A stretch of DNA of 64,000 nucleotides from Candidatus Kapaibacterium sp. (GTDB taxonomy: Bacteria > Bacteroidota > Ignavibacteria > Kapaibacteriales > UBA2268), in assembly GCA_963665665.1 (NCBI GenBank), contig OY762428.1:2912001-2976000 (forward strand), given 5' to 3'. The notes beneath the pieces are model-generated. The model made no database searches and was not told where the DNA came from. It was given only the letters and a program-made list of their open reading frames with translations. The position numbers and the translations under genes are program-made. Below, piece by piece: positions 47,536 through 56,969 of the stretch (position 1 is its first letter; the number at the start of each line of letters is the position of its first letter).

Positions 47536-48995
47536 TGGATGAAAAGTATATAATAGACCTGATTAAGGAATTAATTAAATATCCAAAAGAAACAGAATGG
47601 ATAGAATTTAAGCACAATAATTCAGATCCTCAGGAAATTGGCGAGTATATTTCCTCATTATCAAACTCTGCAGCTCTGAATGGCAAAGCTAATGCCTATT
47701 TACTATGGGGAATAAGAGACGAGGATCATGAAATTTTGGGTACTGGATTCATTCCTTCTCAAATTAAAATTGGTAATGAGGAACTCGAGAACTGGTTACT
47801 TAGATTATTGTCCCCAAAAATTGACTTCAGTTTTTATCAGGTACAATTTAATAATAAAGATGTAGTATTATTAGAAATAAAACCTGCTTACCGCCATCCG
47901 GTTCAATTTCAGGGGACCGAATACATTCGCATAGGGTCTTACAAGAAAAAACTAAAAGATTTTCCCGAAAAAGAAAGAGAATTGTGGCGGGTTTTTGATA
48001 AAACACCTTTTGAATCATTATTTGCCAAAGAAAATGTAGTTTCCCAAGAAGTATTACGATTACTTAATTATTCATCATACTTCGAATTAATGAATAAACC
48101 TGTACCGGATGGTAATCAAGCTATCCTTGAAGCTCTGAAAAATGATGATTTGATATTGAAAAATGAAACAGGGAACTATAATATTAATAATTTAGGAGCC
48201 ATTTTATTTGCAAATAACTTCAATGAGTTCAAATTCTTAAAAAGAAAATCAATTCGTGTGATCCATTATAAGGGTAATAATCGATTAGAAACATTAAAAG
48301 AACAAGTAGGTGTAAAAGGGTATGCTTCGGGATTTGAAGGATTAATTGAATTTTTACTTGCATTAGTTCCCAGTAATGAACTTATCGGAAAGGCTTTAAG
48401 AAAAGACCTCCCAATGTTTCCTGCTATAGCCATTAGGGAACTTGTTGCAAATGCATTAATACATCAGGATTTCTTTCAAACAGGAACCGGGCCTACTATC
48501 GAAATCTTTTCTAACAGAATGGAAATTACAAATCCTGGTACCCCACTTGTAAAAACAGAAAGATTTCTGGACAGTCCGCCAAAATCAAGAAACGAATATA
48601 TAGCGTCATTGATGAGACGAGTCGGCGTTTGTGAAGAAAGAGGCAGCGGTATTGATAAAGCAGTCTTTGAAACTGAAATTTACCAGTTGCCTGCGCCAAT
48701 TTTCGAAGCAACCGAAGAACATACTCGAGTTGTATTATTTGCATATAAGAATTTTTGGGACATGGATAGTGAAGAGAAAAATTGGGCATGCTACCTTCAT
48801 TCCTGCCTAAAATTTGTACAAAGAGAATATATGACCAATGCTACATTAAGGAACAGATTTGGAGTAGAAGAAAAAAACAGTGCTGCTATCTCAAGGGTAA
48901 TAAGAGATACTCTTGAAAAAGGTCTAATAATAAAATACGACGAATCTTCCGGTCGCAAATTTGTAAAATATATCCCATGGTGGGCAAGGCAGTGA
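47532..48995 (+). CDS. Schlafen/AlbA_2 + HATPase_c_4 + wHTH protein
   Basis: ETEWIEFK...SSLSNS...WGIRD; RELVANALIHQD, EITNPG, CEERGSGID. Confidence 0.82.
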   Translation: MMDEKYIIDLIKELIKYPKETEWIEFKHNNSDPQEIGEYISSLSNSAALNGKANAYLLWGIRDEDHEILGTGFIPSQIKIGNEELENWLLRLLSPKIDFSFYQVQFNNKDVVLLEIKPAYRHPVQFQGTEYIRIGSYKKKLKDFPEKERELWRVFDKTPFESLFAKENVVSQEVLRLLNYSSYFELMNKPVPDGNQAILEALKNDDLILKNETGNYNINNLGAILFANNFNEFKFLKRKSIRVIHYKGNNRLETLKEQVGVKGYASGFEGLIEFLLALVPSNELIGKALRKDLPMFPAIAIRELVANALIHQDFFQTGTGPTIEIFSNRMEITNPGTPLVKTERFLDSPPKSRNEYIASLMRRVGVCEERGSGIDKAVFETEIYQLPAPIFEATEEHTRVVLFAYKNFWDMDSEEKNWACYLHSCLKFVQREYMTNATLRNRFGVEEKNSAAISRVIRDTLEKGLIIKYDESSGRKFVKYIPWWARQ

Positions 48996-48997
48996 TT

Positions 48998-49209
48998 TTA
49001 TTTGATTGCAACCGGAATAATGGATGCAAATTCCGTCTAATTCGTTCAATATCAATCGGTTGCTTATTTGATGGTTATTTGACAGATTTTTTAAGAAATA
49101 ATTTGATGATTCTATGATACAATCTTATTTGATAGAAATCATAGCTCAAATTGTGAAATACATGTAACTTTATTATGTTGCAAGAACTTGCTTATTTGAT
49201 GTTTATTTG
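48998..49209. repeat. Clustered TTATTTG(A) direct repeats
   Basis: TTGCTTATTTGATG(G/T)TTATTTG at 49060 and 49188; single copies at 48998 and 49125. Confidence 0.7.
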
Positions 49210-49233
49210 CAATAAAAATTATTAAGAAAATAT

Positions 49234-52224
49234 ATGCAAAACATGAACTATAATTTTACTGACACGAGCGAAGCCGGCCTTGAGGCTACAATAGAAAAAT
49301 ATCTGTTAGAAAATGCCGGTTATCAAAAAGGTAATCCCGAAGATTATGACCGTTCCCATGCTGTCGACCTGATTAAGCTAAAATCATTTCTCGAATCCAC
49401 TCAACCCCAAATAGCGGAAAGCCTTAATCTCGAAACTGAATCGCCTGCAAGGACTCAATTCCTCCACAGGTTGCAGGGGGAAATTGCTAAAAGGGGCATA
49501 ATTGATGTTCTTCGTAAAGGCATAAAACATGGACCGCATTCCATTACGATGTTCTATGGCAGCCCTACGGCAAATAACGAAAAAGCAAGGCTGATGTTCG
49601 GACAAAATATATTCAGTATTACAAGGCAGTTGAAATATAGTAAAAACGGGACACAATTAGCCCTTGATATGGGAGTATTCATCAATGGCCTTCCTATTGC
49701 GACATTCGAGCTTAAAAATAAACTTACAAAGCAGACCGTTGAAGACGCTGTTCAGCAATATAAAAATGACCGCGACCCGAAAGAATTGCTGTTTCAATTC
49801 GGACGCTGTATAGTTCATTTTGCAGTCGATGACCATGAAGTTCGCATGTGTACTCATCTGAAAGGCAAAGACTCATGGTTTCTGCCATTCAACAAAGGAT
49901 ACCTTGACGGAGCAGGTAATCCTCCCAATCCGGATGGCTTAGCCACGGATTATCTTTGGAAAGAAATTCTCCAAAAAGGCCGGCTGACGGATATTATTGA
50001 GAACTACGCACAAATTCTTGAAGAAAAAGACGAGAAAACCGGTAAAAAGAAAAGAAAACAAATATTCCCAAGATACCATCAATTAACAGTTGTGCGAAAA
50101 TTGCTTTCTGATGCTGCAAATAGAGGAGCCGGTAAAAGATATTTAATTCAGCATTCGGCCGGAAGCGGAAAATCTAATTCAATAGCCTGGCTTTCTCATC
50201 AATTAGTCGGATTAGAAAAGGATAAAAAAGCTGTATTCGATTCAATAATTGTCGTAACGGACAGAAGGATATTGGACAAACAGATCAGGGATACAATAAA
50301 ATCATTTGCACAAGTCGGCAATATTGTTGGTCATGCCGAGCGTTCGGGAGATTTAAGAAAGTTTATAAAAGAAGGCAAGCAGATAATAATAACAACTGTT
50401 CAGAAGTTTCCTTTTATACTCTCTGAAATTGGAGATGAACACAGGCAAAACAAATTTGCAATTATTATAGACGAGGCTCATTCGAGCCAGGGGGGAAAAG
50501 CATCTTCCAAAATGAATATTGCTCTTGCTGAGCCTACTGTTACTTACAATCCAGGTAATGAAGAAAAAGACATTGAGGACGTTATCAATGAATTGATTGA
50601 ATCAAAGAAAATGCTGACAAATGCCAGCTATTTTGCATTCACAGCTACGCCAAAAAATAAAACTCTTGAAATATTTGGCGAGCCATCCCCTCAAGCCGAT
50701 GGAAAAATAAAGCATTATCCATTTCACAGTTACACAATGAAGCAAGCCATTCAGGAAGGTTTCATTCTTGATGTGCTTAAAAATTATACTCCCGTCTCAA
50801 GTTATTATCGCTTAGTGAAAGCAATTGAAGATGATCCTGAATTTGATACCAAAAAAGCTCAGAAGAAATTGCGGAAATATGTAGAATCCAACGAACACGC
50901 TATTCGGGAAAAAGCGGAGATAATGGTTGATCATTTTCATGCAAAAGTAATGGGGCAGAGAAAAATTGGCGGTCAGGCAAGAGCCATGGTTATTACCAGT
51001 TCTATAATGAGGGCTATTGAATATTATCATGCAGTAAATGATTACCTGAGTAAAAAAAATTATCCGTATAAAGCCATAGTAGCTTTCTCCGGAGAGCATG
51101 AATATGGCGGAGTAAACGTAACTGAATCGAGTCTTAATGAATTTTCCAGTAATAAAATTGTCGATAAAATTGCTGAAGATCCATACAGGATACTGGTTGT
51201 AGCAGATAAATTCCAGACAGGATATGATGAACCATTGATGCACACTATGTATGTCGATAAACCTTTGTCAGGAATAAAGGCAGTTCAGACACTTTCAAGA
51301 CTAAACAGGTCGCACCCTAAAAAGCATGATACGTTCATTCTGGATTTTTATAATGACACAGAAATTATACAAAAAGCTTTTTCTGATTATTATAGAACAA
51401 CTATTCTAAGCGAAGAGACCGATCCGAATAAATTGCACGACTTAAAAGCTGATTTAGATGGATATCAAGTATATTCCCCCGAGCAGATAAATAGATTAGT
51501 AGAACTGTACTTATCGGGATCCGAAAGAGAAACCCTCGATCCTATATTAGATGCCTGTGTTGCAGTTTACAACACAGACCTTGATGAAGACGGACAGGTT
51601 GATTTCAAAGGAAAATCTAAAGCATTTGTGCGAACTTATGGTTTCCTTTCATCTATTCTTCCTTATAGCAACACCGAATGGGAAAAATTGTCAATATTCC
51701 TAAATTTCCTTATACCCAAATTACCTGCCCCGAAAGAAGAGGATTTATCCAAAGGAATACTTGAAACTATTGATATGGACAGTTATCGGTCAGAAATCAA
51801 AGCAAGTATGAGTATTACTCTTGAAGATAAGGATGCAGAAGTCGATCCAATTCCAACCTCCGGAGGAGGTAGAAAACCAGAACCTGAGCTTGACCGGCTG
51901 AGCAATATTATAAAAACATTTAATGATCTGTTTGGCAATGTCCCTTGGAAAGACAAGGACAAAATCCGACAGGTAATTGCACAAGAAATACCGGAAAAAG
52001 TTGCAGCTGATACAGCTTATCAGAACGCGATGAAGAACTCTGATAAACAGAATGCAAGAATAGAACATGACAGAGCTTTAGGTCGGGTAATGGTAGAACT
52101 TATAGCCGATCATACAGAATTATTTAAGCAATTTAGCGATAACCCATCATTCCAGAAATGGCTAAGCGACACAATTTTTGGGGTAACATATAATGCCGGT
52201 GGGCAAGCATTAGGAGGAATTTAA
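49234..52224 (+). CDS. hsdR: Type I R-M restriction subunit
   Basis: NGLPIATFELKN, HSAGSGKS, DEAHSSQ, FTATP, FQTGYD. Confidence 0.95.
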   Translation: MQNMNYNFTDTSEAGLEATIEKYLLENAGYQKGNPEDYDRSHAVDLIKLKSFLESTQPQIAESLNLETESPARTQFLHRLQGEIAKRGIIDVLRKGIKHGPHSITMFYGSPTANNEKARLMFGQNIFSITRQLKYSKNGTQLALDMGVFINGLPIATFELKNKLTKQTVEDAVQQYKNDRDPKELLFQFGRCIVHFAVDDHEVRMCTHLKGKDSWFLPFNKGYLDGAGNPPNPDGLATDYLWKEILQKGRLTDIIENYAQILEEKDEKTGKKKRKQIFPRYHQLTVVRKLLSDAANRGAGKRYLIQHSAGSGKSNSIAWLSHQLVGLEKDKKAVFDSIIVVTDRRILDKQIRDTIKSFAQVGNIVGHAERSGDLRKFIKEGKQIIITTVQKFPFILSEIGDEHRQNKFAIIIDEAHSSQGGKASSKMNIALAEPTVTYNPGNEEKDIEDVINELIESKKMLTNASYFAFTATPKNKTLEIFGEPSPQADGKIKHYPFHSYTMKQAIQEGFILDVLKNYTPVSSYYRLVKAIEDDPEFDTKKAQKKLRKYVESNEHAIREKAEIMVDHFHAKVMGQRKIGGQARAMVITSSIMRAIEYYHAVNDYLSKKNYPYKAIVAFSGEHEYGGVNVTESSLNEFSSNKIVDKIAEDPYRILVVADKFQTGYDEPLMHTMYVDKPLSGIKAVQTLSRLNRSHPKKHDTFILDFYNDTEIIQKAFSDYYRTTILSEETDPNKLHDLKADLDGYQVYSPEQINRLVELYLSGSERETLDPILDACVAVYNTDLDEDGQVDFKGKSKAFVRTYGFLSSILPYSNTEWEKLSIFLNFLIPKLPAPKEEDLSKGILETIDMDSYRSEIKASMSITLEDKDAEVDPIPTSGGGRKPEPELDRLSNIIKTFNDLFGNVPWKDKDKIRQVIAQEIPEKVAADTAYQNAMKNSDKQNARIEHDRALGRVMVELIADHTELFKQFSDNPSFQKWLSDTIFGVTYNAGGQALGGI

Positions 52225-52225
52225 A

Positions 52226-53431
52226 ATGAACAAAGTGGCACTTCTTTTAGGATCTGGGATGTCAATACCTGCAGGATTGCCGGGAACATGGGATATTACT
52301 AATGAAATCCTTAATAATTATAATAAATGGTTTAAAGATGGCGAGGAATATAGACTAAAGACTGCATCAGGTCAAAGTGAAGATTATTTTGCCAATTGTC
52401 CTTATTCTAGGTATCCCCAAAAAATATCAAGATTTCTTAAAATAATTGCCACTGAACTGAATCAGTACTACTGCACAATTGCAAAGTCAGAATATACGGT
52501 TAATTATGAAGAGATCTTTGATGTGATAAATCAAATTAAATTGGGCTTCTCAAGGGATGTAGATAATCCTCTTACAAACCGAATAATCCATTGTCTTGTA
52601 CATTCTATCGATCCAATTTTTCCAGATAATCAGGATAAATATGAAGAAGTGAAACTACTTTGTAAAGAAGCTGAGAAATTTATAAAATCGGTTATACACC
52701 TTTCTTTAGTAAAAAAGCACGGTTGCATTAATTATTTAGATATCATTTCCCAAATAGTTGAAAATAGTTATGTTCCTGGCATAGCTACATTAAACCATGA
52801 TACTCTTTTGGAAAAATCATTGAGGAAAAATTTGATTGAATACAATGATGGTTTTGCTGAAGCAGGGAAAGGAGTGAGATTTTTTGACAACCACCAATTA
52901 AATAGACAAGATAAGCTAAAATTGTTAAAATTACATGGTTCTATAGATTGGTATAATTTCAGAACCGATGATGGCGTATCTTTGAATATCGAAGAAATTG
53001 GACAGTATGACGAATGGCAAAGTGAGGACGAAGTCCAAATTTCTGTAAATGATAAAGAATATAGAGTTGATAAAAAACCTCTGTTCTTAACAGGCTTTAA
53101 TAATAAATATCTTGAATATAATTATGGAATTTACCTTGACTTATTCTATCAGTTTCATCAATTACTAAATCAGACTGATATTTTGATTATTGCAGGTTAT
53201 GGTTTTGGTGATAATACTGTAAACTTGAGAATAATTGATTGGTATACAAAAAGAAATGACAGAAAAATTGAGATAATAACTCCAAATAAAGATACAGCGA
53301 TTAATAATGCAAAAGGAGCTATACATTCAAGGTTAAAATTTGATTGGTCTGATGATCGCATTCACTGGATAGAAAAAGGTATTCAGGAATTAGAAATAAC
53401 AGATTTGAAATATATAAGCAAAAAATCATGA
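52226..53431 (+). CDS. SIR2-family (SIR2_2) protein
   Basis: LLGSGMSIPAGLP, TLNHD, KLHGSIDW, GYGFGD. Confidence 0.85.
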   Translation: MNKVALLLGSGMSIPAGLPGTWDITNEILNNYNKWFKDGEEYRLKTASGQSEDYFANCPYSRYPQKISRFLKIIATELNQYYCTIAKSEYTVNYEEIFDVINQIKLGFSRDVDNPLTNRIIHCLVHSIDPIFPDNQDKYEEVKLLCKEAEKFIKSVIHLSLVKKHGCINYLDIISQIVENSYVPGIATLNHDTLLEKSLRKNLIEYNDGFAEAGKGVRFFDNHQLNRQDKLKLLKLHGSIDWYNFRTDDGVSLNIEEIGQYDEWQSEDEVQISVNDKEYRVDKKPLFLTGFNNKYLEYNYGIYLDLFYQFHQLLNQTDILIIAGYGFGDNTVNLRIIDWYTKRNDRKIEIITPNKDTAINNAKGAIHSRLKFDWSDDRIHWIEKGIQELEITDLKYISKKS

Positions 53432-53506
53432 AAACATTATTTACAAGAGTCGAGTACACATTATCATTTTTAATTGAAAAAATAGAAATGGGAGCTTAGA
53501 AGGGAA

Positions 53507-54394
53507 ATGCTATTATACAAATATATTGACAACAATATCATCAAAGTACTCGAAAAATGTAGTTTGAAATTTACACGTAGGAATGAACTAAATGATCCTT
53601 TTGAACTTTTTCCTTATTTCAAACTAACAGACAATAACTCAGATGATATTATTGACACAATTGATGAAAAAGAATTCCAAAGATTATTTCTTGAGAATTT
53701 ACCTGAAGAAGCATTTCAAAAAATGTCTCCTGCTGATTGGTTGGCTTTTGAAAAAAATACAAGAGGTCAGAATCCTTATAAAGAAGAAGATCCACAAAAC
53801 TGGCAGGTTAATTATTTTAATGATTTAGTTCCGAAAATAATGGCTCAACTTAACAAGGAATTTGTTTTATTGAGTTTAACAGAAGATCCATTAAATATTA
53901 GCATGTGGACACATTATGCTAACAATCAAAAAGGCTTTGTGATAGGTTTTGAAACTGATAATGATTTCTTCTATGAAAAGAGAGATATAAATTTAGAATA
54001 CCGGAATGTACGAAAAGTTGAATATGTTCAGCAAAGGCCAATAATAGCAGACATATATAATATGGATGAATTGAGTAATACTTTTTTTAGAAAAAGTACA
54101 GATTGGGTTTTGGAAAAGGAATGGAGAATATTAAGAATGCATGATGATGCCGATGAAATTATTACTGATAATAACCAAGAGATAGTTTTATTTAATTTTA
54201 ATCCGATGATTATAAAAGAAATATATTTTGGTTTAAGATCAGATAATGAACTAAGAAATAATATATTTGAGATTATTACAAATAATAATGCTTTTTCAAA
54301 TGTGAAGTTATATCAAATTGAATTAGATGAAAAGCAATTTAAATTATTGCCGGCTAAAGTTACTTTGCCAGAATCGGAGGCAGAAAATGAATAA
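53507..54394 (+). CDS. DUF2971-domain protein
   Basis: LYKY, LNDPFE, MWTHYA...GFVI, K...W..EKEWR. Confidence 0.8.
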   Translation: MLLYKYIDNNIIKVLEKCSLKFTRRNELNDPFELFPYFKLTDNNSDDIIDTIDEKEFQRLFLENLPEEAFQKMSPADWLAFEKNTRGQNPYKEEDPQNWQVNYFNDLVPKIMAQLNKEFVLLSLTEDPLNISMWTHYANNQKGFVIGFETDNDFFYEKRDINLEYRNVRKVEYVQQRPIIADIYNMDELSNTFFRKSTDWVLEKEWRILRMHDDADEIITDNNQEIVLFNFNPMIIKEIYFGLRSDNELRNNIFEIITNNNAFSNVKLYQIELDEKQFKLLPAKVTLPESEAENE

Positions 54395-55385
54395 TCAATT
54401 AGAAGATGAATTAATTTCAATAGTAAGAAAAATAAGTTATCGTGTGATGAACTTGCATAAAATTTATTCTTTCAAGCTAATCAATTTTAATTCGAGTTCC
54501 AATTTTGAAAAAGCTCAAATTACTAATGTCCGCAATAAGAAAGATATTGAAGATTCTAAAGTGCTATTTGGAAATATTCTATTAAGATGTGAATCACTTA
54601 TTTATTATTTCAATCAAATGACAACAGAAACATTATTACCAAATGGAGACCATAATTCGATAAAGAATTCGACTCCATTTGATTCTAACTTGAACAGAAC
54701 ACATATGAAAGTATCAAGAAATTACCTTTTTTTATTTGATACAATTATTAATCTTATAGTTTCCCTATATGAATATATTGCTAATTGTTGCTCCTACATT
54801 CTCATAGGACAACATGCTCGAAAGTTTAAATGGAAGAAATCTATCTTGGAAATACAAAAAAGGAGCTTTAGCGATTTAAGTTTCTGTTTAAACCAAATTA
54901 ATAAGGAATTTATAGATAAACTATCAGAGATCAGAGCAGATATATTCCATTACAATTTTCTTCGGTTATCTTCAAAACTATCACAAAATATTATGGATAG
55001 TTCAGTAGAAATGGAATTTAAAGTTGATGAAAAAATTCAGAAATTTTTAATTGATTCGCAATTAATTACTGAAAATAGCTCCAAAGTAGAAATATTGAAC
55101 GCCACAAAAATAATAATATCAAAAGGATTAGAGAATGTAATTAGTATTCTCGAAGAGCTGAAGAGAAGCGTATTATTTATGAATAAAGATAATTTAAAGA
55201 AACCTTCAAATATTGGAGATTTATTCGTAAATGCTGGTTTTAAAAATTTTTACGAATTACAACAAGCCCTGTTGTACCATTGGGGATATTTCTGGGATGA
55301 CATCCAGCAATTTGAGAATTTGGATTATTATCAGAGAGCCATGAATAAAATGATGATGCCATTTAAGTTTTATCCTGAAAATTAG
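54387..55385 (+). CDS. Helical protein with HEPN-like motif (Cthe_2314-like)
   Basis: IRADIFH RxxxxH motif; likely start MNNQ at 54387. Confidence 0.5.
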   Translation: MNNQLEDELISIVRKISYRVMNLHKIYSFKLINFNSSSNFEKAQITNVRNKKDIEDSKVLFGNILLRCESLIYYFNQMTTETLLPNGDHNSIKNSTPFDSNLNRTHMKVSRNYLFLFDTIINLIVSLYEYIANCCSYILIGQHARKFKWKKSILEIQKRSFSDLSFCLNQINKEFIDKLSEIRADIFHYNFLRLSSKLSQNIMDSSVEMEFKVDEKIQKFLIDSQLITENSSKVEILNATKIIISKGLENVISILEELKRSVLFMNKDNLKKPSNIGDLFVNAGFKNFYELQQALLYHWGYFWDDIQQFENLDYYQRAMNKMMMPFKFYPEN

Positions 55386-55418
55386 ATAGGAATTAATTAA
55401 TATTTATAGAATAATATT

Positions 55419-56714
55419 ATGCCAAGACAAAGAACAAGAAAAAGATGGGAACACCCTACATATAAATTCGCATACTGCATCGAGCGGAATGGTATCGTCT
55501 ATACAATCATTGATGGAGCTGAAAAAGTTGCCATCAAAGGGCTGATTTGGGATAATAAGAACAAAGCCGAAGCTCTGAAAATCCTTGATGAGAGATTAAC
55601 CGAAGCTCATAAAGTTGAAGAAGTCGAATCAAAAGAAGAATCTGATTTAAGGCCTAAAACACTGTATGAAGCAGTAGAGGAGTTTTCATCTATCAGATTT
55701 ACCAAATTTGATAAAGCTACGATCAAATCTTATATGACTGCATTCAAAGCATATCTTGTAGAAGATTTGAATCTTGCTGATATTAACCGGATAAGAGCTA
55801 TGATTCGGGAAAGGCAGACGATCAATAAACATGCTCCGAATACTCAACTGAAATATCTTTCCAAACTCAATAAACTGTTTGAGTACTGTATTGACCAGGA
55901 ATATATAAGCAGAAATCCTATTCTGAAAGATATGAAACCAGATGAGGTTGCCCCAGAAGTAAAACTTTTTACTCAGGATGAACTTAATACACTGTTTGAT
56001 TATTTCTTTAATCTTGAGAAGGTTGTAATTCCGTTAAAAGGGAAGCCCGGAAAAAGAGTGAGGAATAGAAATCTTGCAGAAGATAAAAAGCAATTTGCCT
56101 GGATGATTAAATTCATTTCAATGGTTGGTACAAGGGCAATGGAGACAATAAACATCTGGTGGGATGTGCCGAAGGCTCCATTGATTTCTAATTCAACAAG
56201 GAAATCTGTAATCCAGTTACCTGAAAGAATAATAATTGATGGGAAAAGATCAAGACGAGCCAAACCAAGAGTAAGAGAATTTCCATTACAGCTAATTCCG
56301 CAGGTATATGAAGTCATTCAGGAATTAGAAAAGTATAAAGATATTAACAAAGGAAAACTTTTCAAATGGAATTCAGTTGCCTGTCTTGAATTGTGGATGA
56401 GAGATGCATTACAAGAATTGGAGCTTGAACCCGGAAGAAATTTACATGCTTTGAGAAAGACGGCAATAAACTGGTGGGAAAAGGAACTCGGGATTCCTCT
56501 TCATGTTTGTAATTACATGGCAGGCCATAATCAACAAACAAGAGATAAGTACTACGGATCGAATCCAACAGCACTTGAATTAGTCAATATGAGCTCAGTC
56601 CGATTCCAGTCCGATTCAATTTTAAATGGAAACATCATTAGTCCACAAAATTCGAATCAAGGAAAAGATGGAATTATTGTAAATCCTTATCTATCAGCTA
56701 TTAATAAAAACTAA
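55419..56714 (+). CDS. int: Tyrosine recombinase, phage integrase
   Basis: GTRAME (R), LHALRKT (HxxR), MAGHN, DKYY. Confidence 0.88.
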   Translation: MPRQRTRKRWEHPTYKFAYCIERNGIVYTIIDGAEKVAIKGLIWDNKNKAEALKILDERLTEAHKVEEVESKEESDLRPKTLYEAVEEFSSIRFTKFDKATIKSYMTAFKAYLVEDLNLADINRIRAMIRERQTINKHAPNTQLKYLSKLNKLFEYCIDQEYISRNPILKDMKPDEVAPEVKLFTQDELNTLFDYFFNLEKVVIPLKGKPGKRVRNRNLAEDKKQFAWMIKFISMVGTRAMETINIWWDVPKAPLISNSTRKSVIQLPERIIIDGKRSRRAKPRVREFPLQLIPQVYEVIQELEKYKDINKGKLFKWNSVACLELWMRDALQELELEPGRNLHALRKTAINWWEKELGIPLHVCNYMAGHNQQTRDKYYGSNPTALELVNMSSVRFQSDSILNGNIISPQNSNQGKDGIIVNPYLSAINKN

Positions 56715-56741
56715 AAATTTGGGAATTGGCTTATCATAGTT

Positions 56742-56801
56742 CGTCCCTGACCACAAAATAAAAACTTAAACCCTTGTAGATGATAGATTTGCAAGGGCTT
56801 T
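56742..56801 (+). other. Putative attR: tRNA 3'-end fragment (tRNA-Phe-like CGTCCCTGACCA) plus hairpin
   Basis: Just after int stop; resembles the ...CCGTCCCTGGCCACCA end of tRNA-Phe; followed by ccttgtaga...tttgcaagg hairpin. Confidence 0.5.
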
Positions 56802-56969
56802 GTTTTTTTAGGTGGCAAAAACTTAATAAATATATTATTCATCCCATCCTTGCCTTTTTCCCTAAAATTTACGATATTAAGGTATTGTAGATATTTGGGG
56901 GTGCCGAATATAGATTAAGGTTTCAAATTAATCATTAGAGGCACTTAATTAATTGGAGACGAGGAACTC

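Larger units (their letters stand above)
1..56754. mobile_element. Temperate prophage, left end outside the window; Mu-type head genes with a tyrosine integrase
   Basis: Contiguous structural, lysis, head, terminase, replication, repressor and integrase genes ending at a tRNA-like att core; host-type genes follow. Confidence 0.9.

Noticed and set aside
56730-56760. Complete tRNA gene
   Set aside because: Only about 13 nt resemble a tRNA 3' end; no D or anticodon arm
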